A DNA stretch of 64,000 nucleotides from Eledone cirrhosa. Lineage: Eukaryota. Of this stretch, positions 26,301-39,299 are shown one piece after another. The stretch spans positions 13,888,001 through 13,952,000 of the forward strand of contig OZ024744.1 in NCBI GenBank assembly GCA_964016885.1, read 5' to 3'. The notes beneath the pieces are model-generated. The model was not told where the DNA came from and ran no database searches. It saw only the letters and a program-made list of their open reading frames with translations. How positions within the stretch are numbered: position 1 is the stretch's first letter; the number at the start of each line of letters is the position of its first letter. A program made the position numbers and the translations under genes.

Positions 26301-28800
26301 CTAATCTCTAAATTGAGAGATCACAACTCCAATACTATGGACATGGGGTTTGAATGTCTCAGTAGATCAGAGTGTCACTCCAGTTAAAGCTACTCTCTAA
26401 ATTGAGAGATCACAACTCCAATACTATGGACATGGGGTTTGAATGTCTCAGTAGATCAGAGAGTCACTTCAGTTAAAGCTACTCTCTAAATTGAGAGATC
26501 ACAACTCCAATACTATGGACATGGGGTTTGAAAGTCTCAGTAGATCAGAGTGTCAGTCCAGTTACAGCTACTCTCTAAATTGAGAGATTACAACTCCAAT
26601 ACTATGGACATGTGGTTAGAATGTCTCAGTAGATTAGAGAGTCACTCCAGTTAAAGCCACTCTCTAAATTGAGAGATCACAACTCCAATACTATGGACAT
26701 GTGGTTAGAACGTCTCAGTAGATCAGAGTGTCACTCCAGTTAAAGCCACTCTCTAAATTGAGAGATCATAACTTCCATACTATGGACATGTGGTTAGAAT
26801 GTCTCAGTAGATCAGAGAGTCACTTCAGTTAAAGCCACTCTCTAAATTGAGAGATCACAACTCCAATACTATGGTTATGTGGTTAGAATGTCTCAGTAGA
26901 TCAGAGAGTCACTCCAGTTAAAGCCACTCTCTAAATTGAGAGATCACAACTCCAATACTATGGACATGTGGTTTGAAAGTCTCAGTAGATCAGAGTGTCA
27001 CTCCAGTTAAAGCTACTCTCTAAATTGAGAGATTACAACTCCAATACTATGGACATGGGGTTTGAATGTCTCAGTAGATCAGAGCGTCACTCCAGTTAAA
27101 GCTACTCTCTAAATTGAGAGATCACAACTCCAATACTATGGACATGGGGTTTGAAAGTCTCAGTAGATCAGAGTGTCACTCCAGTTAAAGCTACTCTCTA
27201 AATTGAGAGATTACAACTCCAATACTATGGACATGGGGTTTGAAAGTCTCAGTAGATCAGAGTGTCACTCCAGTTAAAGCTACTCTCTAAATTGAGAGAT
27301 TACAACTCCAATACTATGGACATGTGGTTAGAATGTCTCAGTAGATTAGAGAGTCACTCCAGTTAAAGCCACTCTCTAAATTGAGAGATCACAACTCCAA
27401 TACTATAGACATGTGATTAGAATGTCTCAGTAGATTAGAGAGTCACTCCAGTTAAAGCCACTCTCTAAATTGAGAGATCACAACTTCAATACTATGGACA
27501 TGTGGTTAGAAAGTCTCAGTAGATCAGAGTGTCACTCCAGTTGAAGCTAATCTCTAAATTGAGAGATCACAACTCCAATACTATGGACATGGGGTTTGAA
27601 TGTCTCGGTAGATCTGAGTGTCACTCCAGTTAAAGCTACTCTCTAAATTGAGAGATCACAACTCCAATACTATGGACATGGGGTTTGAATGTCTCAGTAG
27701 ATCAGAGAGTCACTTCAGTTAAAGCTACTCTCTAAATTGAGAGATCACAACTCCAATACTATGGACATGGGGTTTGAAAGTCTCAGTACATCAGAGTGTC
27801 ACTCCAGTTAAAGCTACTCTCTAAATTGAGAGATTACAACTCCAATACTATGGACATGGGATTTGAAAGTCTCAGTAGATCAGAGTGTCACTCCAGTTAA
27901 AGCTACTCTCTAAATTGAGAGATTACAACTCCAATACTATGGACATGTGGTTAGAATGTCTCAGTAGATTAGAGAGTCACTCCAGTTAAAGCCACTCTCT
28001 AAATTGAGAGATCACAACTCCAATACTATGGACATGTGATTAGAATGTCTCAGTAGATTAGAGAGTCACTCCAGTTAAAGCCACTCTCTAAATTGAGAGA
28101 TCACAACTCCCGTACTATGGACGTGTGGTTAGAATGTCTCAGTAGATCAGAGAATCACTCCAGTTAAAGCTACACTCTAAATTGAGAGATCACATCTCCC
28201 ATAATATGGACATGTGGTTAGAATGTCTCACTAGATCAGAGAGTCACTCTTGTTAAAGCTACTCTCTAAATTGAGAGATCACAACTCCTATACTATGGAC
28301 ATGGGGTTAGAATGTCTCAGTAGATCAGAGAGTCACTCCAGTTAAAGCTAATCTCTAAATTGAGAGATCACAACTCCAATGCTATGGACATGGGGTTTGA
28401 ATGTCTCAGTAGATCAGAGAGTCGCTCAAGTTAAAGCCACTCTCTAAATTGAGAGATCACAACTCCAATACTATGGACATGTGGTTAGAATGTCTCAGTA
28501 GATCAGAGTGTCACTCCAGTTAAAGCTACTCTCTATATTGAGAGATCACAACTCCCATACTATGGACATGTGGTTAGAATGACTCAGTAGATTAGAGTGT
28601 CATTCCAGTTAAAGCTACTCTCTAAATTGAGAGATCACAACTCCCATACTATTGACATGTGGGTAGAATGTCTCAGTAGATCAGAGAGTCACTCCAGTTA
28701 AAGCCACTAATTCTCTAAATTGAGAGATCACAACTCCCATACTATGGACATGTGGTTAGTATGTCTCAGTAGATCAGAGTGTCACTCCAGTTAAAGCTCA
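20300..28800. repeat. Further rearranged copies of the same ~40-50-mer higher-order unit
   Basis: The marker TTACTCAGTAGCTC occurs at 12101, 16466, 20920 and 24393 (spacings of 49, 50 and 39 monomers). The +4 insertion occurs at 21582, 25856 and 28708 (41, 48 and 32 monomers after the previous copy). Confidence 0.85.
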
Positions 28801-30699
28801 TCTCTAAATTGAGAGATCACAACTCCAATACTATGGACATGGGGTTTGAATGTCTCAGTAGATCAGAGTGTCACTCCAGTTAAAGCTACTCTCTAAATTG
28901 AGAGATCACAACTCCAATACTATGGACATGAGGTTTGAATGTCTCAGTAGATCAGAGTGTCACTCCAGTTAAAGCTACTCTCTAAATTGAGAGATTACAA
29001 CTCCAATACTATGGACATGTGGTTAGAATGTCTCAGTAGATCAGAGTGTCACTCCAGTTAAAGCCACTCTCTAAATTGAGAGATCACAACTCCCATACTA
29101 TGGACATGTGGTTAGTATGTCTCAGTAGATCAGAGAGTCACTCCAGTTAAAGCTACTCTCTAAATTGAGAGGTCACAACTCCAATACTATGGACATGGGG
29201 TTTGAAAGTCTCAGTAGATCAGAGTGTCACTCCAGTTAAAGCTACTCTCTAAATTGAGAGATTACAACTCCAATACTATGGACATGTGGTTAGAATGTCT
29301 CAGTAGATTAGAGAGTCACTCCAGTTAAAGCCACTCTCTAAATTGAGAGATCACAACTCCAATACTATGGACATGTGGTTAGAACGTCTCAGTAGATCAG
29401 AGTGTCACTCCAGTTAAAGCTCATCTCTAAATTGAGAGATCACAACTCCAATACTATGGACATGGGGTTTGAATGTCTCAGTAGATCAGAGTGTCACTCC
29501 AGTTAAAGCTACTCTCTAAATTGAGAGATCACAACTCCAATACTATGGACATGGGGTTTGAATGTCTCAGCAGATCAGAGAGTCACTTCAGTTAAAGCTA
29601 CTCTCTAAATTGAGAGATCACAACTCCAATACTATGGACATGGGGTTTGAAAGTCTCAGTAGATCAGAGTGTCAGTCCAGTTACAGCTACTCTCTAAATT
29701 GAGAGATTACAACTCCAATACTATGGACATGTGGTTAGAATGTCTCAGTAGATTAGAGAGTCACTCCAGTTAAAGCCACTCTCTAAATTGAGAGATCACA
29801 ACTCCAATACTATGGACATGTGGTTAGAACGTCTCAGTAGATCAGAGTGTCACTCCAGTTAAAGCCACTCTCTAAATTGAGAGATCATAACTTCCATACT
29901 TTGGACATGTGGTTAGAATGTCTCAGTAGATCAGAGAGTCACTCCAGTTAAAGCCACTCTCTAAATTGAGAGATCACAACTCCAATACTATGGACATGGG
30001 GTTTGAATGTCTAAGTAGATCAGAGAATCACTCCAGTTAAAGCTACTCTCTAAATTGAGAGATCACAACTCCAATACTATGGACATGGGGTTTGAAAGTC
30101 TCAGTAGATCAGAGTGTCACTCCAGTTAAAGCTACTCTCTAAATTGAGAGATTACAACTCCAATACTATGGACATGGGGTTTGAATGTCTCAGTAGATCA
30201 GAGAGTCACTCCAGTTAAAGCTACTCTCTAAATTGAGAGATCACAACTCCAATACTATGGACATGGGGTTTGAAAGTCTCAGTAGATCAGAGTGTCACTC
30301 CAGTTAAAGCTACTCTCTAAATTGAGAGATTGCAACTCCAATACTATGGACATGGGGTTTGAAAGTCTCAGTAGATCAGAGTGTCACTCCAGTTAAAGCT
30401 ACTCTCTAAATTGAGAGATTACAACTCCAATACTATGGACATGTGGTTAGAATGTCTCAGTAGATTAGAGAGACACTCCAGTTAAAGCCACTCTCTAAAT
30501 TGAGAGATCACAACTCCAATACTATGGACATGTGATTAGAATGTCTCAGTAGATTAGAGAGTCACTCCAGTTAAAGACACTCTCTATATTGAGAGATCAC
30601 AACTACAATACTATGGACATGTGGTTAGAAAGTCTCAGTAGATCAGAGTGTCACTCCAGTTGAAGCTAATCTCTAAATTGAGAGATCACAACTCCAATA

Positions 30700-33600
30700 C
30701 TATGGACATGGGGTTTGAATGTCTCAGTAGATCAGAGAGTCACTTCAGTTAAAGCTACTCTCTAAATTGAGAGATCACAACTCCAATACTATGGACATGG
30801 GGTTTGAAAGTCTCAGTAGATCAGAGTGTCACTCCAGTTAAAGCTACTCTCTAAATTGAGAGATTACAACTCCAATACTATGGACATGGGGTTTGAAAGT
30901 CTCAGTAGATCAGAGTGTCACTCCAGTTAAAGCTACTCTCTAAATTGAGAGATTACAACTCCAATACTATGGAAATGTGGTTAGAATGTCTCAGTAGATT
31001 AGAGAGTCACTCCAGTTAAAGCCACTCTCTAAATTGAGAGATCACAACTCCAATACTATGGACATGTGATTAGAATGTCTCAGTAGATTAGAGAGTCACT
31101 CCAGTTAAAGCCACTCTCTAAATTGAGAGATCACAACTCCAATACTATGGACATGTGGTTAGAAAGTCTCAGTAGATCAGAGTATCACTCCAGTTAAAGC
31201 TACTCTCTAAATTGAGAGATTACAACTCCAATACTATGGACATGTGGTTAGAATGTCTCAGTAGATTAGAGAGTCACTCCAGTTAAAGCCACTCTCTAAA
31301 TCGAGAGATCACAACTCCAATGCTATGGACATGGGGTTTGAATGTCTCAGTAGATCAGAGAGTCGCTCAAGTTAAAGCCACTCTCTAAATTGAGAGATCA
31401 CAACTCCAATACTATGGACATGTGGTTAGAATGTCTCAGTAGATCAGAGTGTCACTCCAGTTAAAGCTACTCTCTATATTGAGAGATCACAACTCCCATA
31501 CTATGGACATGTGGTTAGAATGTCTCAGTAGATTAGAGTGTCATTCCAGTTAAAGCTACTCTCTAAATTGAGAGATCACAACTCCCATACTATTGACATG
31601 TGGGTAGAATGTCTCAGTAGATCAGAGAGTCACTCCAGTTAAAGCCACTAATTCTCTAAATTGAGAGATCACAACTCCCATACTATGGACATGTGGTTAG
31701 TATGTCTCAGTAGATCAGAGAGTCACTCCAGTTAAAGCCACTCTCTAAATTGACAGATCACAACTTCCATACTATGGACATGGGGTTTGATTGTCTCAGT
31801 AGATCAGAGTGTCACTCCAGTTAAAGCTACTCTCTAAATTGAGAGATTACAACTCCAATATTATGGACATGTGGTTAGAATGTCTCAGTAGATTAGAGAG
31901 TCACTCCAGTTAAAGCCACTCTCTAAATTGAGAGATCACAACTCCAATACTATGGACATGTGGTTAGAACGTCTCAGTAGATCAGAGTGTCACTCCAGTT
32001 AAAGCTCATCTCTAAATTGAGAGATCACAACTCCAATACTATGGACATGGGGTTTGAATGTCTCAGTAGATCAGAGTGTCACTCCAGTTAAAGCTAATCT
32101 TTTTTTACTTGAGAGATCACAACTCCAATACTATGGACATGGGGTTTGAATGTCTCAGTAGAACAGAGAGTCACTTCAGTTAAAGCTACTCTCTAAATTG
32201 AGAGATCACAACTCCAATACTATGGACATGGGGTTTGAAAGTCTCAGTAGATCAGAGTGTCAGTCCAGTTACAGCTACTCTCTAAATTGTGAGATTACAA
32301 CTCCAATACTATGGACATGTGGTTAGAATGTCTCAGTAGATTAGAGAGTCACTCCAGTTAAAGCCACTCTCTAAATTGAGAGATCACAACTCCAATACTA
32401 TGGACATGTGGTTAGAACGTCTCAGTAGATCAGAGTGTCACTCCAGTTAAAGCCACTCTCTAAATTGAGAGATCATAACTTCCATACTATGGACATGTGG
32501 TTAGAATGTCTCAGTAGATCAGAGGGTCACTCCAGTTAAAGCCACTCTCTAAATTGAGAGATCACAACTCCAATACTATGGTTATGTGGTTAGAATGTCT
32601 CAGTAGATCAGAGAGTCACTCCAGTTAAAGCCACTCTCTAAATTGAGAGATCACAACTCCAATACTATGGACATGGGGTTTGAATGTCTAAGTAGATCAG
32701 AGAATCACTCCAGTTAAAGCTACTCTCTAAATTGAGAGATCACAACTCCAATACTATGGACATGGGGTTTGAAAGTCTCAGTAGATCAGAGTGTCACTCC
32801 AGTTAAAGCTACTCTCTAAATTGAGAGATTACAACTCCAATACTATGGACATGGGGTTTGAATGTCTCAGTAGATCAGAGAGTCACTCCAGTTAAAGCCA
32901 CTCTCTAAATTGAGAGATCACAACTCCAATACTATGGACATGGGGTTTGAATGTCTAAGTAGATCAGAGAATCACTCCAGTTAAAGCTACTCTCTAAATT
33001 GAGAGATCACAACTCCAATACTATGGACATGGGGTTTGAAAGTCTCAGTAGATCAGAGTGTCACTCCAGTTAAAGCTACTCTCTAAATTGAGAGATTACA
33101 ACTCCAATACTATGGACATGGGGTTTGAATGTCTCAGTAGATCAGAGAGTCACTCCAGTTAAAGCTACTCTCTAAATTGAGAGATCACAACTCCAATACT
33201 ATGGACATGGGGTTTGAAAGTCTCAGTAGATCAGAGTGTCACTCCAGTTACAGCTACTCTCTAAATTGAGAGATTACAACTCCAATACTATGGACATGTG
33301 GTTAGAATGTCTCAGTAGATTAGAGAGTCACTCCAGTTAAAGCCACTCTCTAAATTGAGAGATCACAACTCCAATACTATGGACATGTGGTTAGAACGTC
33401 TCAGTAGATCAGAGTGTCACTCCAGTTAAAGCCACTCTCTAAATTGAGAGATCATAACTTCCATACTATGGACATGTGGTTAGAATGTCTCAGTAGATCA
33501 GAGAGTCACTCCAGTTAAAGCCACTCTCTAAATTGAGAGATCACAACTCCAATACTATGGTTATGTGGTTAGAATGTCTCAGTAGATCAGAGAGTCACTC

Positions 33601-36600
33601 CAGTTAAAGCCACTCTCTAAATTGAGAGATCACAACTCCAATACTATGGACATGGGGTTTGAATGTCTAAGTAGATCAGAGAATCACTCCAGTTAAAGCT
33701 ACTCTCTAAATTGAGAGATCACAACTCCAATACTATGGACATGGGGTTTGAAAGTCTCAGTAGATCAGAGTGTCACTCCAGTTAAAGCTACTCTCTAAAT
33801 TGAGAGATTACAACTCCAATACTATGGACATGGGGTTTGAATGTCTCAGTAGATCAGAGAGTCACTCCAGTTAAAGCTACTCTCTAAATTGAGAGATCAC
33901 AACTCCAATACTATGGACATGGGGTTTGAAAGTCTCAGTAGATCAGAGTGTCACTCCAGTTAAAGCTACTCTCTAAATTGAGAGATTACAACTCCAATAC
34001 TATGGACATGGGGTTTGAAAGTCTTAGTAGATCAGAGTGTCACTCCAGTTAAAGCTACTCTCTAAATTGAGAGATTACAACTCCAATACTATGGACATGT
34101 GGTTAGAATGTCTCAGTAGATTAGAGAGTCACTCCAGTTAAAGCCACTCTCTAAATTGAGAAATCACAACTCCAATACTATGGACATGTGATTAGAATGT
34201 CTCAGTAGATTAGAGAGTCACTCCAGTTAAAGCCACTCTCTAAATTGAGAGATCACAACTTCAATACTATGGACATGTGGTTAGAAAGTCTCAGTAGATC
34301 AGAGTGTCACTCCAGTTGAAGCTAATCTCTAAATTGAGAGATCACAACTCCAATACTATGGACATGGGGTTTGAATGTCTCAGTAGATCAGAGTGTCACT
34401 CCAGTTAAAGCTACTCTCTAAATTGAGAGATCACAACTCCAATACTATGGACATGGGGTTTGAATGTCTCAGTAGATCAGAGAATCACTTCAGTTAAAGC
34501 TACTCTCTAAATTGAGAGATCACAACTCCAATACTATGGACATGGGGTTTGAAAGTCTCAGTAGATCAGAGTGTCACTCCAGTTAAAGCTACTCTCTAAA
34601 TTGAGAGATTACAACTCCAATACTATGGACATGGGGTTTGAAAGTCTCAGTAGATCAGAGTGTCACTCCAGTTAAAGCTACTCTCTAAATTGAGAGATTA
34701 CAACTCCAATACTATGGAAATGTGGTTAGAATGTCTCAGTAGATTAGAGAGTCACTCCAGTTAAAGCCACTCTCTAAATTGAGAGATCACAACTCCATTA
34801 CTATGGACATGTGATTAGAATGTCTCAGTAGATTAGAGAGTCACTCCAGTTAAAGCCACTCTCTAAATTGAGAGATCACAACTCCAATACTATGGACATG
34901 TGGTTAGAAAGTCTCAGTAGATCAGAGTATCACTCCAGTTAAAGCTACTCTCTAAATTGAGAGATTACAACTCCAATACTATGGACATGTGGTTAGAATG
35001 TCTCAGTAGATTAGAGAGTCACTCCAGTTAAAGCCACTCTCTAAATCGAGAGATCACAACTCCAATGCTATGGACATGGGGTTTGAATGTCTCAGTAGAT
35101 CAGAGAGTCGCTCAAGTTAAAGCCACTCTCTAAATTGAGAGATCACAACTCCAATACTATGGACATGTGGTTAGAATGTCTCAGTAGATCAGAGTGTCAC
35201 TCCAGTTAAAGCTACTCTCTATATTGAGAGATCACAACTCCCATACTATGGACATGTGGTTAGAATGTCTCAGTAGATTAGAGTGTCATTCCAGTTAAAG
35301 CTACTCTCTAAATTGAGAGATCACAACTCCCATACTATTGACATGTGGGTAGAATGTCTCAGTAGATCAGAGAGTCACTCCAGTTAAAGCCACTAATTCT
35401 CTAAATTGAGAGATCACAACTCCCATACTATGGACATGTGGTTAGTATGTCTCAGTAGATCAGAGAGTCACTCCAGTTAAAGCCACTCTCTAAATTGACA
35501 GATCACAACTTCCATACTATGGACATGGGGTTTGATTGTCTCAGTAGATCAGAGTGTCACTCCAGTTAAAGCTACTCTCTAAATTGAGAGGTCACAACTC
35601 CAATACTATGGACATGGGGTTTGAAAGTCTCAGTAGATCAGAGTGTCACTCCAGTTAAAGCTACTCTCTAAATTGAGAGATTACAACTCCAATACTATGG
35701 ACATGTGGTTAGAATGTCTCAGTAGATTAGAGAGTCACTCCAGTTAAAGCCACTCTCTAAATTGAGAGATCACAACTCCAATACTATGGACATGTGGTTA
35801 GAACGTCTCAGTAGATCAGAGTGTCACTCCAGTTAAAGCTCATCTCTAAATTGAGAGATCACAACTCCAATACTATGGACATGGGGTTTGAATGTCTCAG
35901 TAGATCGGAGTGTCACTCCAGTTAAAGCTAATCTCTAAATTGAGAGATCACAACTCCAATACTATGGACATGGGGTTTGAATGTCTCAGTAGAACAGAGA
36001 GTCACTTCAGTTAAAGCTACTCTCTAAATTGAGAGATCACAACTCCAATACTATGGACATGGGGTTTGAAAGTCTCAGTAGATCAGAGTGTCAGTCCAGT
36101 TACAGCTACTCTCTAAATTGAGAGATTACAACTCCAATACTATGGACATGTGGTTAGAATGTCTCAGTAGATTAGAGAGTCACTCCAGTTAAAGCCACTC
36201 TCTAAATTGAGAGATCACAACTCCAATACTATGGACATGTGGTTAGAACGTCTCAGTAGATCAGAGTGTCACTCCAGTTAAAGCCACTCTCTAAATTGAG
36301 AGATCATAACTTCCATACTATGGACATGTGGTTAGAATGTCTCAGTAGATCAGAGGGTCACTCCAGTTAAAGCCACTCTCTAAATTGAGAGATCACAACT
36401 CCAATACTATGGTTATGTGGTTAGAATGTCTCAGTAGATCAGAGAGTCACTCCAGTTAAAGCCACTCTCTAAATTGAGAGATCACAACTCCAATACTATG
36501 GACATGGGGTTTGAATGTCTAAGTAGATCAGAGAATCACTCCAGTTAAAGCTACTCTCTAAATTGAGAGATCACAACTCCAATACTATGGACATGGGGTT

Positions 36601-38950
36601 TGAAAGTCTCAGTAGATCAGAGTGTCACTCCAGTTAAAGCTACTCTCTAAATTGAGAGATTACAACTCCAATACTATGGACATGGGGTTTGAATGTCTCA
36701 GTAGATCAGAGAGTCACTCCAGTTAAAGCCACTCTCTAAATTGAGAGATCACAACTCCAATACTATGGACATGGGGTTTGAATGTCTAAGTAGATCAGAG
36801 AATCACTCCAGTTAAAGCTACTCTCTAAATTGAGAGATCACAACTCCAATACTATGGACATGGGGTTTGAAAGTCTCAGTAGATCAGAGTGTCACTCCAG
36901 TTAAAGCTACTCTCTAAATTGAGAGATTACAACTCCAATACTATGGACATGGGATTTGAATGTCTCAGTAGATCAGAGAGTCACTCCAGTTAAAGCTACT
37001 CTCTAAATTGAGAGATCACAACTCCAATACTATGGACATGGGGTTTGAAAGTCTCAGTAGATCAGAGAGTCACTCCAGTTAAAGCTACTCTCTAAATTGA
37101 GAGATCACAACTCCAATACTATGGACATGGGGTTTGAAAGTCTCAGTAGATCAGAGTGTCACTCCAGTTACAGCTACTCTCTAAATTGAGAGATCACAAC
37201 TCCCATACTATGGACATATGGTTAGTATGTCTCAGTAGATCAGAGAGTCACTCCAGTTAAAGCCACTCTCTAAATTGAGAGATCACAACTCCAATACTAT
37301 GGACATGTGGTTAGAACGTCTCAGTAGATCAGAGTGTCACTCCAGTTAAAGCCACTCTCTAAATTGAGAGATCATAACTTCCATACTATGGACATGTGGT
37401 TAGAATGTCTCAGTAGATCAGAGAGTCACTCCAGTTAAAGCCACTCTCTAAATTGAGAGATCACAACTCCAATACTATGGTTATGTGGTTAAAATGTCTC
37501 AGTAGATCAGAGAGTCACTCCAGTTAAAGCCACTCTCTAAATTGAGAGATCACAACTCCAATACTATGGACATGGGGTTTGAATGTCTAAGTAGATCAAA
37601 GAATCACTCCAGTTAAAGCTGCTCTCTAAATTGAGAGATCACAACTCCAATACTATGGACATGGGGTTTGAAAGTCTCAGTAGATCAGAGTGTCACTCCA
37701 GTTAAAGCTACTCTCTAAATTGAGAGATTACAACTCCAATACTATGGACATGGGGTTTGAATGTCTCAGTAGATCAGAGAGTCACTCCAGTTAAAGCTAC
37801 TCTCTAAATTGAGAGATCACAACTCCAATACTATGGACATGGGGTTTGAAAGTCTCAGTAGATCAGAGTGTCACTCCAGTTAAAGCTACTCTCTAAATTG
37901 AGAGATTACAACTCCAATACTATGGACATGGGGTTTGAAAGTCTCAGTAGATCAGAGTGTCACTCCAGTTAAAGCTACTCTCTAAATTGAGAGATTACAA
38001 CTCCAATACTATGGACATGTGGTTAGAATGTCTCAGTAGATTAGAGAGACACTCCAGTTAAAGCCACTCTCTAAATTGAGAAATCACAACTCCAATACTA
38101 TGGACATGTGATTAGAATGTCTCAGTAGATTAGAGAGTCACTCCAGTTAAAGCCACTCTCTAAATTGAGAGATCACAACTTCAATACTATGGACATGTGG
38201 TTAGAAAGTCTCAGTAGATCAGAGTGTCACTCCAGTTGAAGCTAATCTCTAAATTGAGAGATCACAACTCCAATACTATGGACATGGGGTTTGAATGTCT
38301 CAGTAGATCAGAGTGTCACTCCAGTTAAAGCTACTCTCTAAATTGAGAGATCACAACTCCAATACTATGGACATGGGGTTTGAATGTCTCAGTAGATCAG
38401 AGAATCACTTCAGTTAAAGCTACTCTCTAAATTGAGAGATCACAACTCCAATACTATGGACATGGGGTTTGAAAGTCTCAGTAGATCAGAGTGTCACTCC
38501 AGTTAAAGCTACTCTCTAAATTGAGAGATTACAACTCCAATACTATGGACATGGGGTTTGAAAGTCTCAGTAGATCAGAGTGTCACTCCAGTTAAAGCTA
38601 CTCTCTAAATTGAGAGATTACAACTCCAATACTATGGAAATGTGGTTAGAATGTCTCAGTAGATTAGAGAGTCACTCCAGTTAAAGCCACTCTCTAAATT
38701 GAGAGATCACAACTCCATTACTATGGACATGTGATTAGAATGTCTCAGTAGATTAGAGAGTCACTCCAGTTAAAGCCACTCTCTAAATTGAGAGATCACA
38801 ACTCCAATACTATGGACATGTGGTTAGAAAGTCTCAGTAGATCAGAGTATCACTCCAGTTAAAGCTACTCTCTAAATTGAGAGATTACAACTCCAATACT
38901 ATGGACATGTGGTTAGAATGTCTCAGTAGATTAGAGAGTCACTCCAGTTA
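30700..38950. repeat. 42-44-monomer higher-order tandem duplication containing nested 3-mer and 8/9-mer duplications
   Basis: AAATCGAGAG (TCG at 31301/35046) and GGAAATGTGG (30971/34716) are 3745 bp apart. GAACAGAG (32161/35992) and GTCTAAG (32686/36517) are 3831 bp apart. The GTCTAAG monomer recurs at +267 (3x89) and then +712/+801 in both copies. Confidence 0.9.
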
Positions 38951-39299
38951 AAGCCACTCTCTAAATTGAGAGATCACAACTCCAATACTATGGACATGTG
39001 GTTAGAATGTCTCAGTAGATCAGAGTGACACTCCAGTTAAAGCCACTCTCTAAATTGAGAGATCATAACTTCCATACTATGGTCATGTGGTTAGAATGTC
39101 TCAGTAGATCAGAGTGTCACTCCAGTTAAAGCTAATCTCTAAATTGAGAGATCACAACTCCAATACTATGGACATGGGGTTTGAATGTCTCAGTAGATCA
39201 GAGTGTCACTCCAGTTAAAGCTACTCTCTAAATTGAGAGATCACAACTCCAATACTATGGACATGTGGTTAGAATGTCTCAGTAGATCAGAGTGTCACT

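Noticed and set aside
32095-32115. Remnant poly(A/T) tail of a retroelement insertion
   Set aside because: Only seven Ts, with no target-site duplication or element body. It is kept only as a complex mutation.
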